DNA of 25,822 nt from a virus (lineage: Duplodnaviria > Caudoviricetes). A model generated the notes under the pieces. The model saw only the letters and a program-made list of their open reading frames with translations, did not search any database and was not told the origin of the DNA. Shown piece by piece: positions 18,801-25,822 of this stretch. The number at the start of each line of letters is the position of its first letter. Position 1 is the first letter of the stretch. The stretch is taken from IMG/VR virus record IMGVR_UViG_3300044643_001654, positions 1 to 25,822 of that record. One strand, given 5' to 3'. The translations under genes were made by a program, and so were the position numbers.

Positions 18801-21800
18801 CGTTTCCGTAAATCCCGCGCCACTTCCGGGCCGATGGCTTTTTTCACAAACGACCCGGCCATTGCCTCGTCTTACTCCACGAACAAACGAGACACCTCTG
18901 CGGAGATGCCATCGGACTACGCCGAGTGGTTTAAATACAAGGGCAAAGGGATGCGCTCGCCGGTTGCTATCGACCGCGCATGGTGGAACCTTTCTCCCGA
19001 GGAGCGGGCTGCGGTAAACGAACGCATCTATACGATTGGCTATTCCGATTGGGATGCTGGCGAAGGCCCGATTGTCGGAAATTCGCAGAGCATCATTCCC
19101 CGCGACAGCATCGACTACGAATTGCGCCAAGCCCGTGGGAACGGTCTCCGGGCCTTGGTCGAGATGTGGCTTTCCAGCGGTTCTCTTTTCAACCAAGAGG
19201 AAAAGTTTTTGGAAGTCCTGCAAGCGGCAGGCGTTAAAGGGGCAACGCTCGACGATCCCAACGCCGCCCGCTCGGCAGTCTACCCGGTCTATCTTTCGAT
19301 CAAAAACCCGCTCGATACAGCAAGCATCCCGGGCGATGTCGTCTCAGCCTTGGAACAAGCAGGCAAGCGCAAGCGGGCCAAGCAATCCGCAGGTAAAAAC
19401 CCCGACGGATGGGATAAAAACACCATCAGCGGGAACGATTGGATGGCCGCGCTGAAAGAGGACATGGCGAAAGGAACGACCCATGCGTGGACGCGCATCC
19501 CCGATTGGGTCACAGAAACTCTGTCGTCCCTCGGATACGATGGCATCAAGGATACCGGCGGGAAAAATGGCGGAGTGCAGCACCAAGTATGGATTCCATT
19601 CAACGAAACGCAGGTCAAATCGGCCACCGGAAACCGTGGCACCTTCGACCCGACCTCGGCGAACATCAACTATTCGATTGGGAAAATTGAAGCGCCGTCA
19701 AAAGATTATTTTTCCAAACCAGACAAAGACTTTGTTCTTGGGCAGCTTTCTCCTCTCGTCCTTGAGGCTACTGGAAAATCTGACAAGCCGGTTGTTTTAA
19801 AAGTTTCTGTGGTGGGAAAAAACAAATCCGCTCACGGAGAGATTCCTGATTCGGAATCTGCAAAAATCTTACAAGAAGCCATATCTTCACCGGATTTGCT
19901 GATACTGGATCAACCAGCAAAAAGACCTAATAATTGGCATTTTGTAAGATTTGATAAATCAAACCAAGCCGTTTTGGTTGAAATGGAGGACACTAAAGAC
20001 ACCCATCAAATTGTTGGATGGATGGCAATGCGAGATAACTCCATCGCTCAAAAAATTGAGAGAGCCAAGAAGGAGGGCGGCCGCGTCCTCATAACAGGGA
20101 ATGATCCCCGGTCAGATGGCCTTTCTGATCGTCTCCTTGGCCCAAGGTTAAAAAAAGCATTGGATTCCGTAGCCGTCAAGTTTGAACCAAAAAACTACTC
20201 CATCGCGAGCCAGTCCGAGATCGACCGGGTAAACCGCGCCCTCGGCGGCATGAACCGAGGCCCGGACGAGCGGCTCAAAGTCTACCAGCGGGCCAAGCAG
20301 AAATTCTCCAAGGTCATGGCTTGGAATTCCGACGAACTCGCCGCGATGGCCGACACCGGCAGCGACGACTCCCAAATCCGCCGCACACAAATCCTTCAAG
20401 GTCTCGGCGAACTAGACGGCATCATGTCTGTCCTCCCGCCCGAAGTGCGCGGCAGGGTAGGGGGCTACACCAAGCTCGCCGGGATCGCCCCGCACGATGT
20501 CTTCAAGGACGGGGTGAAGATCTCCGAGGTCTCCGGCATGAACGGCGCAATTATCTCGGCATGGATGCGCGAAGGCCAAAACATCGGGCAGGCAGGCAAG
20601 CAGGTTTCCCTGCCACTAGGCTACACAGCAACCGAGAACCTCTCCACCAAGCGGGCCGACAAGGCCATCGCCGACTTCTTCCGCGACCGCATCAAGAAGA
20701 TCGACACCGAACTCGAAAAAGTGCTAGTGCGCGAATACACCGAGGCCATCGCCAAGGCCGTCAAGCAATCCCGCCCGAAGGCCGGTGACAACAATGTCCG
20801 CAAATCCACGCTGGGACCAGAAAAGCAAAAACTCGCCGATATGGTTCAACGCGCCACCATGATGGACGAGGATGCTGTGTCGGAACGGATGCTCCAACTG
20901 GAGCAAACCATGGCTATATCCGAGAACTCCGCCGACATGGTGGAGGAGTGGGGAATTCTCAACCAATTTGGCGACCTTAAAAACCGGAACTCCGAAACGC
21001 TCGCGCAAGCCTACGAGTGGTTCAAAGACCAACTCAAACTTGGGCGCGAAGCGTGGCGCATCAAAGAGGAAGCCCGCATCGCCGAGAACCGGGAACGAGC
21101 CAAGAAGACCGTGGAGTGGGTAGGGGAGGCAACCCGATCTGATGATTTTAAAAACAAGACATTCATGGATCGCGTATCCGATTGGGCAAACCACGCGCTA
21201 CTTGATCACGCCAGTTTTGAGCAGTTTGTCACAGCCCTTTTCCCGCCAGATGTAGCCGCAGATTTCTCAACTCGACTCCGCAAAGCAGATGTCGCTGCTC
21301 AAAAAGCCGAGATCGACCAACGCGAAGGAATTCTCAATGCGCTTCGCGAAGGAGCTAAAAATGCAGGCATCAGCGCAGGGAGGGCTTTGGAGATGCTTAA
21401 AACCGAGGCTCCAAACTCCGTGCGATATCTTCAAGGTAGAAAAGTTAAGAATACCGAATTCACCATTGAGCAAGCAGAGAAAGTCGTGCGTGGCGAAATT
21501 GATCGTAGCGATTTGACTGATGCCGATATCAAAAACCTTTCTGATGAACTTGCTGCATTGCCAGCAGACACTCGCAAAGAAAATATCACGCTCAAGCAGG
21601 TCGTTTACCCCGGAAAAGAAGTCCGCTTGCCGATGACCCGTGGGAAAGCGATCCAGCTTCTCCTTTCGTGGAACCAACCAGATGTCCAAGACAAGATGCG
21701 TCGGGAAGGGTGGAATGACGATAGCATCATTGACCTTCGCAAACTGACCTCCGATCCAGTTTCTGAATCAATGATCGCCTACGCACAAGAACTCTACGGG

Positions 21801-23267
21801 AAGGGCGCAAGCATTGTGAATCCGGTCTACTCACGGATGTTTGGCATGAACATGCCGCAAGTGAAAAACTACGCGCCGACTCGTTTTAAACATTCTGAGG
21901 ATGTTCCGGATATTGGCCTTGATGGCGTGCCTGTATCCAAGGGAAGCACTCCCAGTTTTGCAAAGTCGCGTGTGTCCCACTCATCTGAAATCGCAGCGGA
22001 AGACGCTTTAAGCGTCATGCAGCAGCACATTCTGACCCAAGCGCATTGGGTCAATTTCGCCGAATTGGCGAGGGAGTTTCGCTCGCTGCTCAATAATAAA
22101 GATGTCCGTGATGCAATCAAAAAAAAGCATGGCGACAATGTTTTGAAACTTGCAGGTCTATGGGCGGACCAACTGGAGCAAAGGGGAGGCAACCAATCCC
22201 GTGGAGCCGCATGGGCAAATGCAATACTTGGTTCTGTCATAGGAGGGCAGTCCGTGGCATCACTCGGTTTCAATCTTAAAACCTTGGCCATGCAGTTGGA
22301 CAACGCCGTGCGCTTTGGGCTTGCGCTCGACATGAAGCAAGTTGTGACTGCGATGCAATCGCCAGATCAACTGATCCAAGACATCAAAACAGTTTTTGAA
22401 AGCGATGCGCTACAAACACGCCTGCGCGGTGGCGCAACTGCGGAATCAAGGTTTCTGTTTGAAAAATACGGCGGGCGACCCGGTAAGGCTGCAAAAATCG
22501 CCGAAACATCCATGTCTCTTATTAATTGGATGGATACCGCGACAACCAGTTTCTCGGCTGCGATTGTTTACCGCGCAAATTTGAAAGAGGCGCTTGCTGC
22601 TGGAATGCCGGAACCTCTCGCTCGCGAAACCGCGCTCGATGCAGCCGCTGCTGCCATTTACCGATTTGCCCAGCCGGTTTCCTTTGGGCAAAAAAGCAAT
22701 GTTGAGAACAGCGGGAATATTTACACAAAAGCATTTTTTCTTTTTATGTCCGATCCGAGACTCAAGACCTCGATTATGGCTGATGCGATTCGTGGACTCG
22801 TCACAGGGCGTGGAGATAAATGGACGCATGTTCGCCGAATTATCGCCGTGGAACTCATGGCGGCACTCTCACATGTAGTAGCATCGTCCTACCGCGATGC
22901 ATTCACGGACGACGATGATGAAGATATCTGGACACTCGGCGGTTGGGTGAGGGCGCTCGCGCTTGCTCCATTGCAAGGGTATTTGTTTTTTGGAACGATG
23001 TTTGATTCAGTCCTCTCTCAACTTTCCGGGGCTGGTTGGTTTGCGCCAACGCAGAACCCGTTGATTAGCGTTGGGCAGTCCGGCCTAAGGGCTTTGAAAA
23101 ACGCTGATGATATTTTGGCATTTGATGATCCCGATGCTCTGCTGAAAGAGTGGGCCGCTATCGCTCGCACATTAGCGGTCGCCCCGCCAATGGCCGCGCC
23201 CGCCGTCCTTCTCAACATGGTCAAACCAGTCGTTGGCCTTTACCAGAACGCCACAACCGAAGAGTGA
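15873..23267 (+). CDS. giant internal virion / large polyvalent protein, 2464 aa, with ART-PolyVal-like and PBECR-like modules
   Basis: Last ejection-gene position. FKGWFGDW..SKVVDSDGKPMVVYHGT...VYLSIKNP...GYDGI...QVKSATGNRGTFD signature, an EEIHH zincin-like motif and a hydrophobic helical C-terminus. Confidence 0.8.
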   Translation: MTDLIDDATADLYLTEIDKVTGDDRLKMANALEKYADSLAEKRRQQTDEHFSKLFTDEAYFEQEKAANTAVQESIDPDQTAKSAAIGAWLEHHNGRPIDPMSYQVERDAFAMANYGKKNLDDNQLFDFIRGEYNTQKKKTEAINDLQMQVAAKALSDAHLDSNRPFFDGITNEFNQWKAKYPELVDGKNDAAFLSQGYKLYYDVFNDIESVRGKASKALSTLTAYTQGNATDEDMQSLANDFVGAPPEDRQKIYKYVTLAAQAGQIDRAGIEQFAINMGQAFTRGFDFVPQGTLQMQEAGVNNWLESIRNGTQIWVPADGDLTKAVVGNAPAGVESDAWRQATVPEAETLIQSGQNVRESFKVVRELRNVAKTGVDPIRPVMEKGSVMGAVEGGAYGVAGSIGFLGATAINPFLGVAAYQANEYDRIRLENPDMDIRAAQGLALVEGTWQAALDRVQLATLSGKLPVLGRFLGNIENNGIRRTLKVGASVAEQFGQELAQDTGTIVIDNIAAALREDMPDKDFAAEMAKYGEQIPETLAASVMFGLVGGGFATAADLGVTEQQMKIVGINDKKIARIKQATSPEEADALIQSALESRTSEDIEAGKTYARQVFNEAQNPSPESPRISLVAGQDGTDEYLVTAPDGSEMLRTKSQQAAMEAVTQHGHAQLLNRQFEALYEPEELRQMISDLSNQWTSQASKNTLVMESEGMNAQQELEQLQAAGNASQIQELHNRIANSPMKDTPYEQINILGKASVDDVAEMVFQPLIKINPNTRPENLREEIHHIGVKVAIKNGSVTLDTLRGWLDATEKALPGTFQNLVRDSEGDIVESLAQVQAAYENGKINADEETKLPPSFIGYIKNMMRTLAEVLRRAVALRGAFKDGALPAEYETFLADSVGLNQQARVDTARERAGGELTQGLFNYSIGQRVLTDTVPFKGWFGDWKVDPTTASKVVDSDGKPMVVYHGTQRPDRVGDRFRKSRATSGPMAFFTNDPAIASSYSTNKRDTSAEMPSDYAEWFKYKGKGMRSPVAIDRAWWNLSPEERAAVNERIYTIGYSDWDAGEGPIVGNSQSIIPRDSIDYELRQARGNGLRALVEMWLSSGSLFNQEEKFLEVLQAAGVKGATLDDPNAARSAVYPVYLSIKNPLDTASIPGDVVSALEQAGKRKRAKQSAGKNPDGWDKNTISGNDWMAALKEDMAKGTTHAWTRIPDWVTETLSSLGYDGIKDTGGKNGGVQHQVWIPFNETQVKSATGNRGTFDPTSANINYSIGKIEAPSKDYFSKPDKDFVLGQLSPLVLEATGKSDKPVVLKVSVVGKNKSAHGEIPDSESAKILQEAISSPDLLILDQPAKRPNNWHFVRFDKSNQAVLVEMEDTKDTHQIVGWMAMRDNSIAQKIERAKKEGGRVLITGNDPRSDGLSDRLLGPRLKKALDSVAVKFEPKNYSIASQSEIDRVNRALGGMNRGPDERLKVYQRAKQKFSKVMAWNSDELAAMADTGSDDSQIRRTQILQGLGELDGIMSVLPPEVRGRVGGYTKLAGIAPHDVFKDGVKISEVSGMNGAIISAWMREGQNIGQAGKQVSLPLGYTATENLSTKRADKAIADFFRDRIKKIDTELEKVLVREYTEAIAKAVKQSRPKAGDNNVRKSTLGPEKQKLADMVQRATMMDEDAVSERMLQLEQTMAISENSADMVEEWGILNQFGDLKNRNSETLAQAYEWFKDQLKLGREAWRIKEEARIAENRERAKKTVEWVGEATRSDDFKNKTFMDRVSDWANHALLDHASFEQFVTALFPPDVAADFSTRLRKADVAAQKAEIDQREGILNALREGAKNAGISAGRALEMLKTEAPNSVRYLQGRKVKNTEFTIEQAEKVVRGEIDRSDLTDADIKNLSDELAALPADTRKENITLKQVVYPGKEVRLPMTRGKAIQLLLSWNQPDVQDKMRREGWNDDSIIDLRKLTSDPVSESMIAYAQELYGKGASIVNPVYSRMFGMNMPQVKNYAPTRFKHSEDVPDIGLDGVPVSKGSTPSFAKSRVSHSSEIAAEDALSVMQQHILTQAHWVNFAELAREFRSLLNNKDVRDAIKKKHGDNVLKLAGLWADQLEQRGGNQSRGAAWANAILGSVIGGQSVASLGFNLKTLAMQLDNAVRFGLALDMKQVVTAMQSPDQLIQDIKTVFESDALQTRLRGGATAESRFLFEKYGGRPGKAAKIAETSMSLINWMDTATTSFSAAIVYRANLKEALAAGMPEPLARETALDAAAAAIYRFAQPVSFGQKSNVENSGNIYTKAFFLFMSDPRLKTSIMADAIRGLVTGRGDKWTHVRRIIAVELMAALSHVVASSYRDAFTDDDDEDIWTLGGWVRALALAPLQGYLFFGTMFDSVLSQLSGAGWFAPTQNPLISVGQSGLRALKNADDILAFDDPDALLKEWAAIARTLAVAPPMAAPAVLLNMVKPVVGLYQNATTEE

Positions 23268-23268
23268 T

Positions 23269-23296
23269 TTGACTATAGTGTTTTGACTGATACCAT
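23269..23296 (+). promoter_or_regulatory. sigma70-like promoter for the lysis genes, containing motif copy 6 (23280-23293)
   Basis: TTGACT at 23269-23274, 16-nt spacer ending TGA, TACCAT at 23291-23296, ATG at 23303. Confidence 0.55.
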
Positions 23297-23302
23297 CTAA
23301 CC

Positions 23303-23479
23303 ATGAAAAACCTCATCACCTACATTTTAAACCGGGCGCAGGAACAAAGTAGCTGGAGGGGCGCGATTTTAATTTTAACCGCACTGGGCTTGAAGCTGGA
23401 ACCCCAACTTCAAGAGGGAATCTTGGCGGTTGGGTTGTCGGCAGTCGGTTTGATCAACCTACTTCGTAAAGAAAAATGA
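23303..23479 (+). CDS. putative holin, 58 aa (not in ORF track)
   Basis: Hand translation: MKNLITYILNRAQEQSSWRGAILILTALGLKLEPQLQEGILAVGLSAVGLINLLRKEK*. Two hydrophobic segments, basic tail, upstream of the lysin, ATGA-coupled. Confidence 0.7.
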   Translation: MKNLITYILNRAQEQSSWRGAILILTALGLKLEPQLQEGILAVGLSAVGLINLLRKEK

Positions 23480-23718
23480 AGCCGCGCCGGATCGCCGCAG
23501 GACTGATCGTCGTTGCCTTCGTGGCGCTGGCATTCTTGACCTCCTGCGTCAGCGTTCCGGTTCCGCCATTCGGTGACCGGCGAGGCGAACTCGGCAACCT
23601 GCAAGTCAGCGTGTCGGTGAAATACATTCCTCTCACCAACCCCGAACTCCCCGGAGATCAGAATCTCAATCACGCCTGGTCGAAATTCGGCGAGGCAAAA
23701 GCCCTCAAAGACAAATGA
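23476..23718 (+). CDS. lipoprotein in the lysis cassette (possible spanin component)
   Basis: Basic N-terminus, hydrophobic core, lipobox LTSC and Pro-rich mature part. Confidence 0.6.
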   Translation: MKPRRIAAGLIVVAFVALAFLTSCVSVPVPPFGDRRGELGNLQVSVSVKYIPLTNPELPGDQNLNHAWSKFGEAKALKDK

Positions 23719-24233
23719 CCAAGCTCCTCGCCGAAATCGCCGCCTCACAAATCGGAGTCCGCGAGGAAGGCGGGAACAACAACGGAGCAAAAATCCGCGA
23801 CTACCAAAAGGCCACCGACCTCAAGCCAGCATCATGGCCATGGTGCGCGGCCTTCGTGGACTGGTGCATCGCCGAGTGGCTCGACCACGCCGGCGTCCGC
23901 GACTGGCTCAACCTCAAATCCTCCACGCCGGAGGACTGGCGACCCAAAACGGCGCTTGCATACGGATTCCTCGGCTGGGCCAAAGACCGCCCGAAGACCT
24001 CCATCATCCTTCACGACCGCGAACTCGCGAGACCCGGCGACATCGTCGTCTTCGATTTCAGCCATGTCGGAATCGTCGAGTCTGATTCCGGCCACCAGAT
24101 CATCACAATCGAGGGCAACACCAACGGGCGAGGGGAGCGAGACTCAGAAACGGGAGACGGAGTTTGGAGAAAAGCACGGCAAAAAACCATCGCTCGGAAC
24201 TTCATCCGAATCCGCCCAGTAACATCTGGATAA
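23715..24233 (+). CDS. CHAP-domain endolysin/amidase
   Basis: A.SQIGVRE..NN.G, PWCAAFV.W, PGDIVVF..SHVGIVE and TIEGNT motifs. Confidence 0.85.
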   Translation: MTKLLAEIAASQIGVREEGGNNNGAKIRDYQKATDLKPASWPWCAAFVDWCIAEWLDHAGVRDWLNLKSSTPEDWRPKTALAYGFLGWAKDRPKTSIILHDRELARPGDIVVFDFSHVGIVESDSGHQIITIEGNTNGRGERDSETGDGVWRKARQKTIARNFIRIRPVTSG

Positions 24234-24312
24234 TTTTATAATCGATAATTGCGTTAAAAAAGACCAGTTATTCACAGAATCGCGTTTCAGTAGGAGAAGA
24301 GAATCGCGTTCG

Positions 24313-24355
24313 TAAGTCGTTGATCAACGAGTTGCAAAAAACCATCAAATACTTA
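24313..24355. promoter_or_regulatory. IHF-like sites in the attP arm
   Basis: GATCAACGAGTTG (24322-24334), its overlapping inverse (palindrome TCGTTGATCAACGA at 24317-24330) and CATCAAATACTTA (24343-24355) resemble WATCAANNNNTTR. Confidence 0.5.
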
Positions 24356-24416
24356 CGAAAAAATGCCACAAGATGCCACAAGCACATCTTAAATAACTCG
24401 AAATCAACGAGTGTTT

Positions 24417-24471
24417 CGCGACTCAAAATCGCGTTCCGCAAGGAGTGTCGGTTCGATCCCGACCGCCGGTA
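24417..24471 (+). pseudogene. 3' half of tRNA-Leu(CAA), the attP identity block
   Basis: CGCGA-CTCAAAA-TCGCG anticodon arm, long variable arm TTCC-GCAA-GGAG, T arm GTCGG-TTCGATC-CCGAC, acceptor 3' strand CGCCGGT-A. No 5' acceptor strand or D arm upstream. Confidence 0.88.
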
Positions 24472-24485
24472 GTTCCTTCGATATC

Positions 24486-24525
24486 AACCCGCAGAAGCCC
24501 ATAAACAAAGGCGCTGCGGGTTTTT
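24486..24525 (+). terminator. terminator-like hairpin after the tRNA fragment
   Basis: AACCCGCAG (24486-24494) pairs with CTGCGGGTT (24514-24522), running into a T tract. Confidence 0.5.
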
Positions 24526-24614
24526 CGTGTCCGGCCTTTGTGGGACTCGTTTTTCCTTGTTTGGACAAATAAAGGTTGCGGAAATGCCACAACTGCCACA
24601 AGGTTTGTCCAGTT

Positions 24615-25607
24615 ATGTCTTATCGAGTTACAGAAGATCGGTCGCGGAGGACTTCGCCTTGGGTGCTGACCATACCAAAATCGGTGGCCGGTCGCAGGCT
24701 GCGGTATTTTTATGAGACTGAAGCGATGGCTTGGAGCGAGGGGCCGAGGTTGTTGGCGAAGCTCCAGAAGGGCGGGACGGATGCTTTGGAGGGGGAGGAC
24801 GGCCCGACGATGGAGCGGGTTGTGGCAATGTTTGTGGCACTTTTTCAAGACAGGTCGAAGTCACATCGAGAGAAGGTGGAGAAGGTGGGCAAGTGGCTGG
24901 CGAGGGATTTCCAGTGCCAACTGAAAGCGGTGTCGCCAATAATGCTGGTCCAGTGGTTCGCGAAGATTCCGGGTTCGGACACGCAGCGGGCCACGGTCTA
25001 TCGTTATGTCCGGCTTTTCTTTAATTGGTGCGTGAAGATGGACCTGCTGGATCGGTCGCCGTTCCGGGCGGTGGATTGTCCGAGGGCGAGGTCTCGGAAG
25101 GGCATACTCAACGCCGATGAGATGCGGGCGCTTCTCGATGCGGAGATGAGCGACTCGATGCGGGCGTCGATCTTGCTGGGCGGGTTCGCGGGGCTGCGCT
25201 CGATTGAGGTGCAGCGGATGAACTGGGAGGACATCGATGTGAAGGCTGGGCAGATTTGGGTTAGGCCGGAGGTCTCTAAACAGCATCACGGCATGATGGA
25301 CCGGATCGTGGATTTCACGGAGCCGATGACGAAGAGGAAAAAATTCTTTACCGGCAAGAAAGGCCGGATCGTGCCGGGGAGTGCGCGGGCGCATTACGAG
25401 GAGCGAAAGCGGTTGGCGGCGAAGCTCGGCTGGGATGGGTTTCCGGAGAATTCGCTCCGGCATTCGTTCGCGACCTATCATTTGGCGAGGTGCAAGAGCG
25501 CGAATTTGACGGCATTCCAGATGGGGCATTCTAACTCCGCGATGGTGCAACGAGTCTACGCTGTTCCCGCTGCCAGAGCAGACGAGAAGGCGTGGTGGAG
25601 GATTTGA
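24615..25607 (+). CDS. int: tyrosine recombinase/integrase
   Basis: GFAGLRSIE (Arg I), SK, NSLRHSFATY (box II) and MGHSNSAMVQRVY (His, Tyr). ATG 24615 preferred over TTG 24576, which overlaps the arm sites. Confidence 0.9.
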   Translation: MSYRVTEDRSRRTSPWVLTIPKSVAGRRLRYFYETEAMAWSEGPRLLAKLQKGGTDALEGEDGPTMERVVAMFVALFQDRSKSHREKVEKVGKWLARDFQCQLKAVSPIMLVQWFAKIPGSDTQRATVYRYVRLFFNWCVKMDLLDRSPFRAVDCPRARSRKGILNADEMRALLDAEMSDSMRASILLGGFAGLRSIEVQRMNWEDIDVKAGQIWVRPEVSKQHHGMMDRIVDFTEPMTKRKKFFTGKKGRIVPGSARAHYEERKRLAAKLGWDGFPENSLRHSFATYHLARCKSANLTAFQMGHSNSAMVQRVYAVPAARADEKAWWRI

Positions 25608-25610
25608 CCT

Positions 25611-25793
25611 ATGCCTTACGCGAATAAAAAAACGCAGAAAAAATTCATGGCTCGGCAATACAAGACGAAGTATGCGACCGACGACAAATTCAAAGAGGCC
25701 GAGGCTATGCGGAAGGCGGACTGGTATCAGCGAAATCGCGAGAAGGTGATTGCGCGAGTGATGGAGAATCGTGCGAAGAAAGTAAAACAATGA
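25611..25793 (+). CDS. small basic hypothetical protein, 60 aa
   Basis: Starts 3 nt after the int stop. Lys/Arg-rich helix (WYQRNREKV). Confidence 0.6.
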   Translation: MPYANKKTQKKFMARQYKTKYATDDKFKEAEAMRKADWYQRNREKVIARVMENRAKKVKQ

Positions 25794-25822
25794 ACATTCC
25801 GGACAAAGAAATTAAAGACATC
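25790..25822 (+). CDS. start of next gene (partial)
   Basis: ATGA overlap. MNIPDKEIKDI runs off the window. Confidence 0.45.
   Translation, partial: MNIPDKEIKDI

Larger units (their letters stand above)
24364..24601. mobile_element. attP: core flanked by paired TGCCACAA arm-type repeats
   Basis: TGCCACAA at 24364, 24374, 24585 and 24594 flanks a tRNA fragment, directly upstream of a tyrosine integrase. Confidence 0.8.

Noticed and set aside
17901-19223. 440-aa antisense ORF, and similar ones at 3499-4161, 9380-10018, 15966-16811 and 17028-17876
   Set aside because: Shadow frames opposite well-supported genes in GC-rich, codon-biased DNA, with no recognisable motifs.
21511-21524. ATTTGACTGATGCC and GATTTGCTGATAC (~19893) as further motif copies
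   Set aside because: Several mismatches or an indel, compatible with chance in coding sequence.
24390-24471. Complete functional tRNA-Leu gene
   Set aside because: No 5' acceptor strand or D arm upstream of 24417, so it is an attP fragment.
24861-25790. 309-aa antisense ORF
   Set aside because: Lies opposite the integrase, with Pro/Arg/His-rich composition typical of a shadow frame.

Overview
The window is the late (virion and lysis) half of a temperate short-tailed dsDNA phage with a BPP-1/T7-like gene order, followed by an intact attP and a tyrosine integrase. All credible genes are on the + strand. The order is: portal C-terminus, Bbp19-like protein, small ORF, scaffold, tRNA(CAT), a structured leader, major capsid, a tandem-duplicated tail adaptor fused to a collagen-containing fibre, further fibre and accessory genes, tail nozzle, GNAT, three internal virion (ejection) proteins, holin/lipoprotein/CHAP lysin, attP (3' half of tRNA-Leu CAA) and integrase. 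The five strongest leads are: (1) a 2464-aa ejection-type polyvalent protein whose ADP-ribosyltransferase-like and RNase-like modules are each bounded by a repeated NYSI junction; (2) the double adaptor-fibre fusion; (3) a 14-bp motif GTTTTGACTGATAC present six times in one orientation, two of them inside genes; (4) a tRNA(CAT) with an initiator-like acceptor stem but no 3 G-C anticodon pairs; (5) a capsid leader with mutually exclusive folds. All protein calls come from motif recognition and synteny by eye, and no searches were run.
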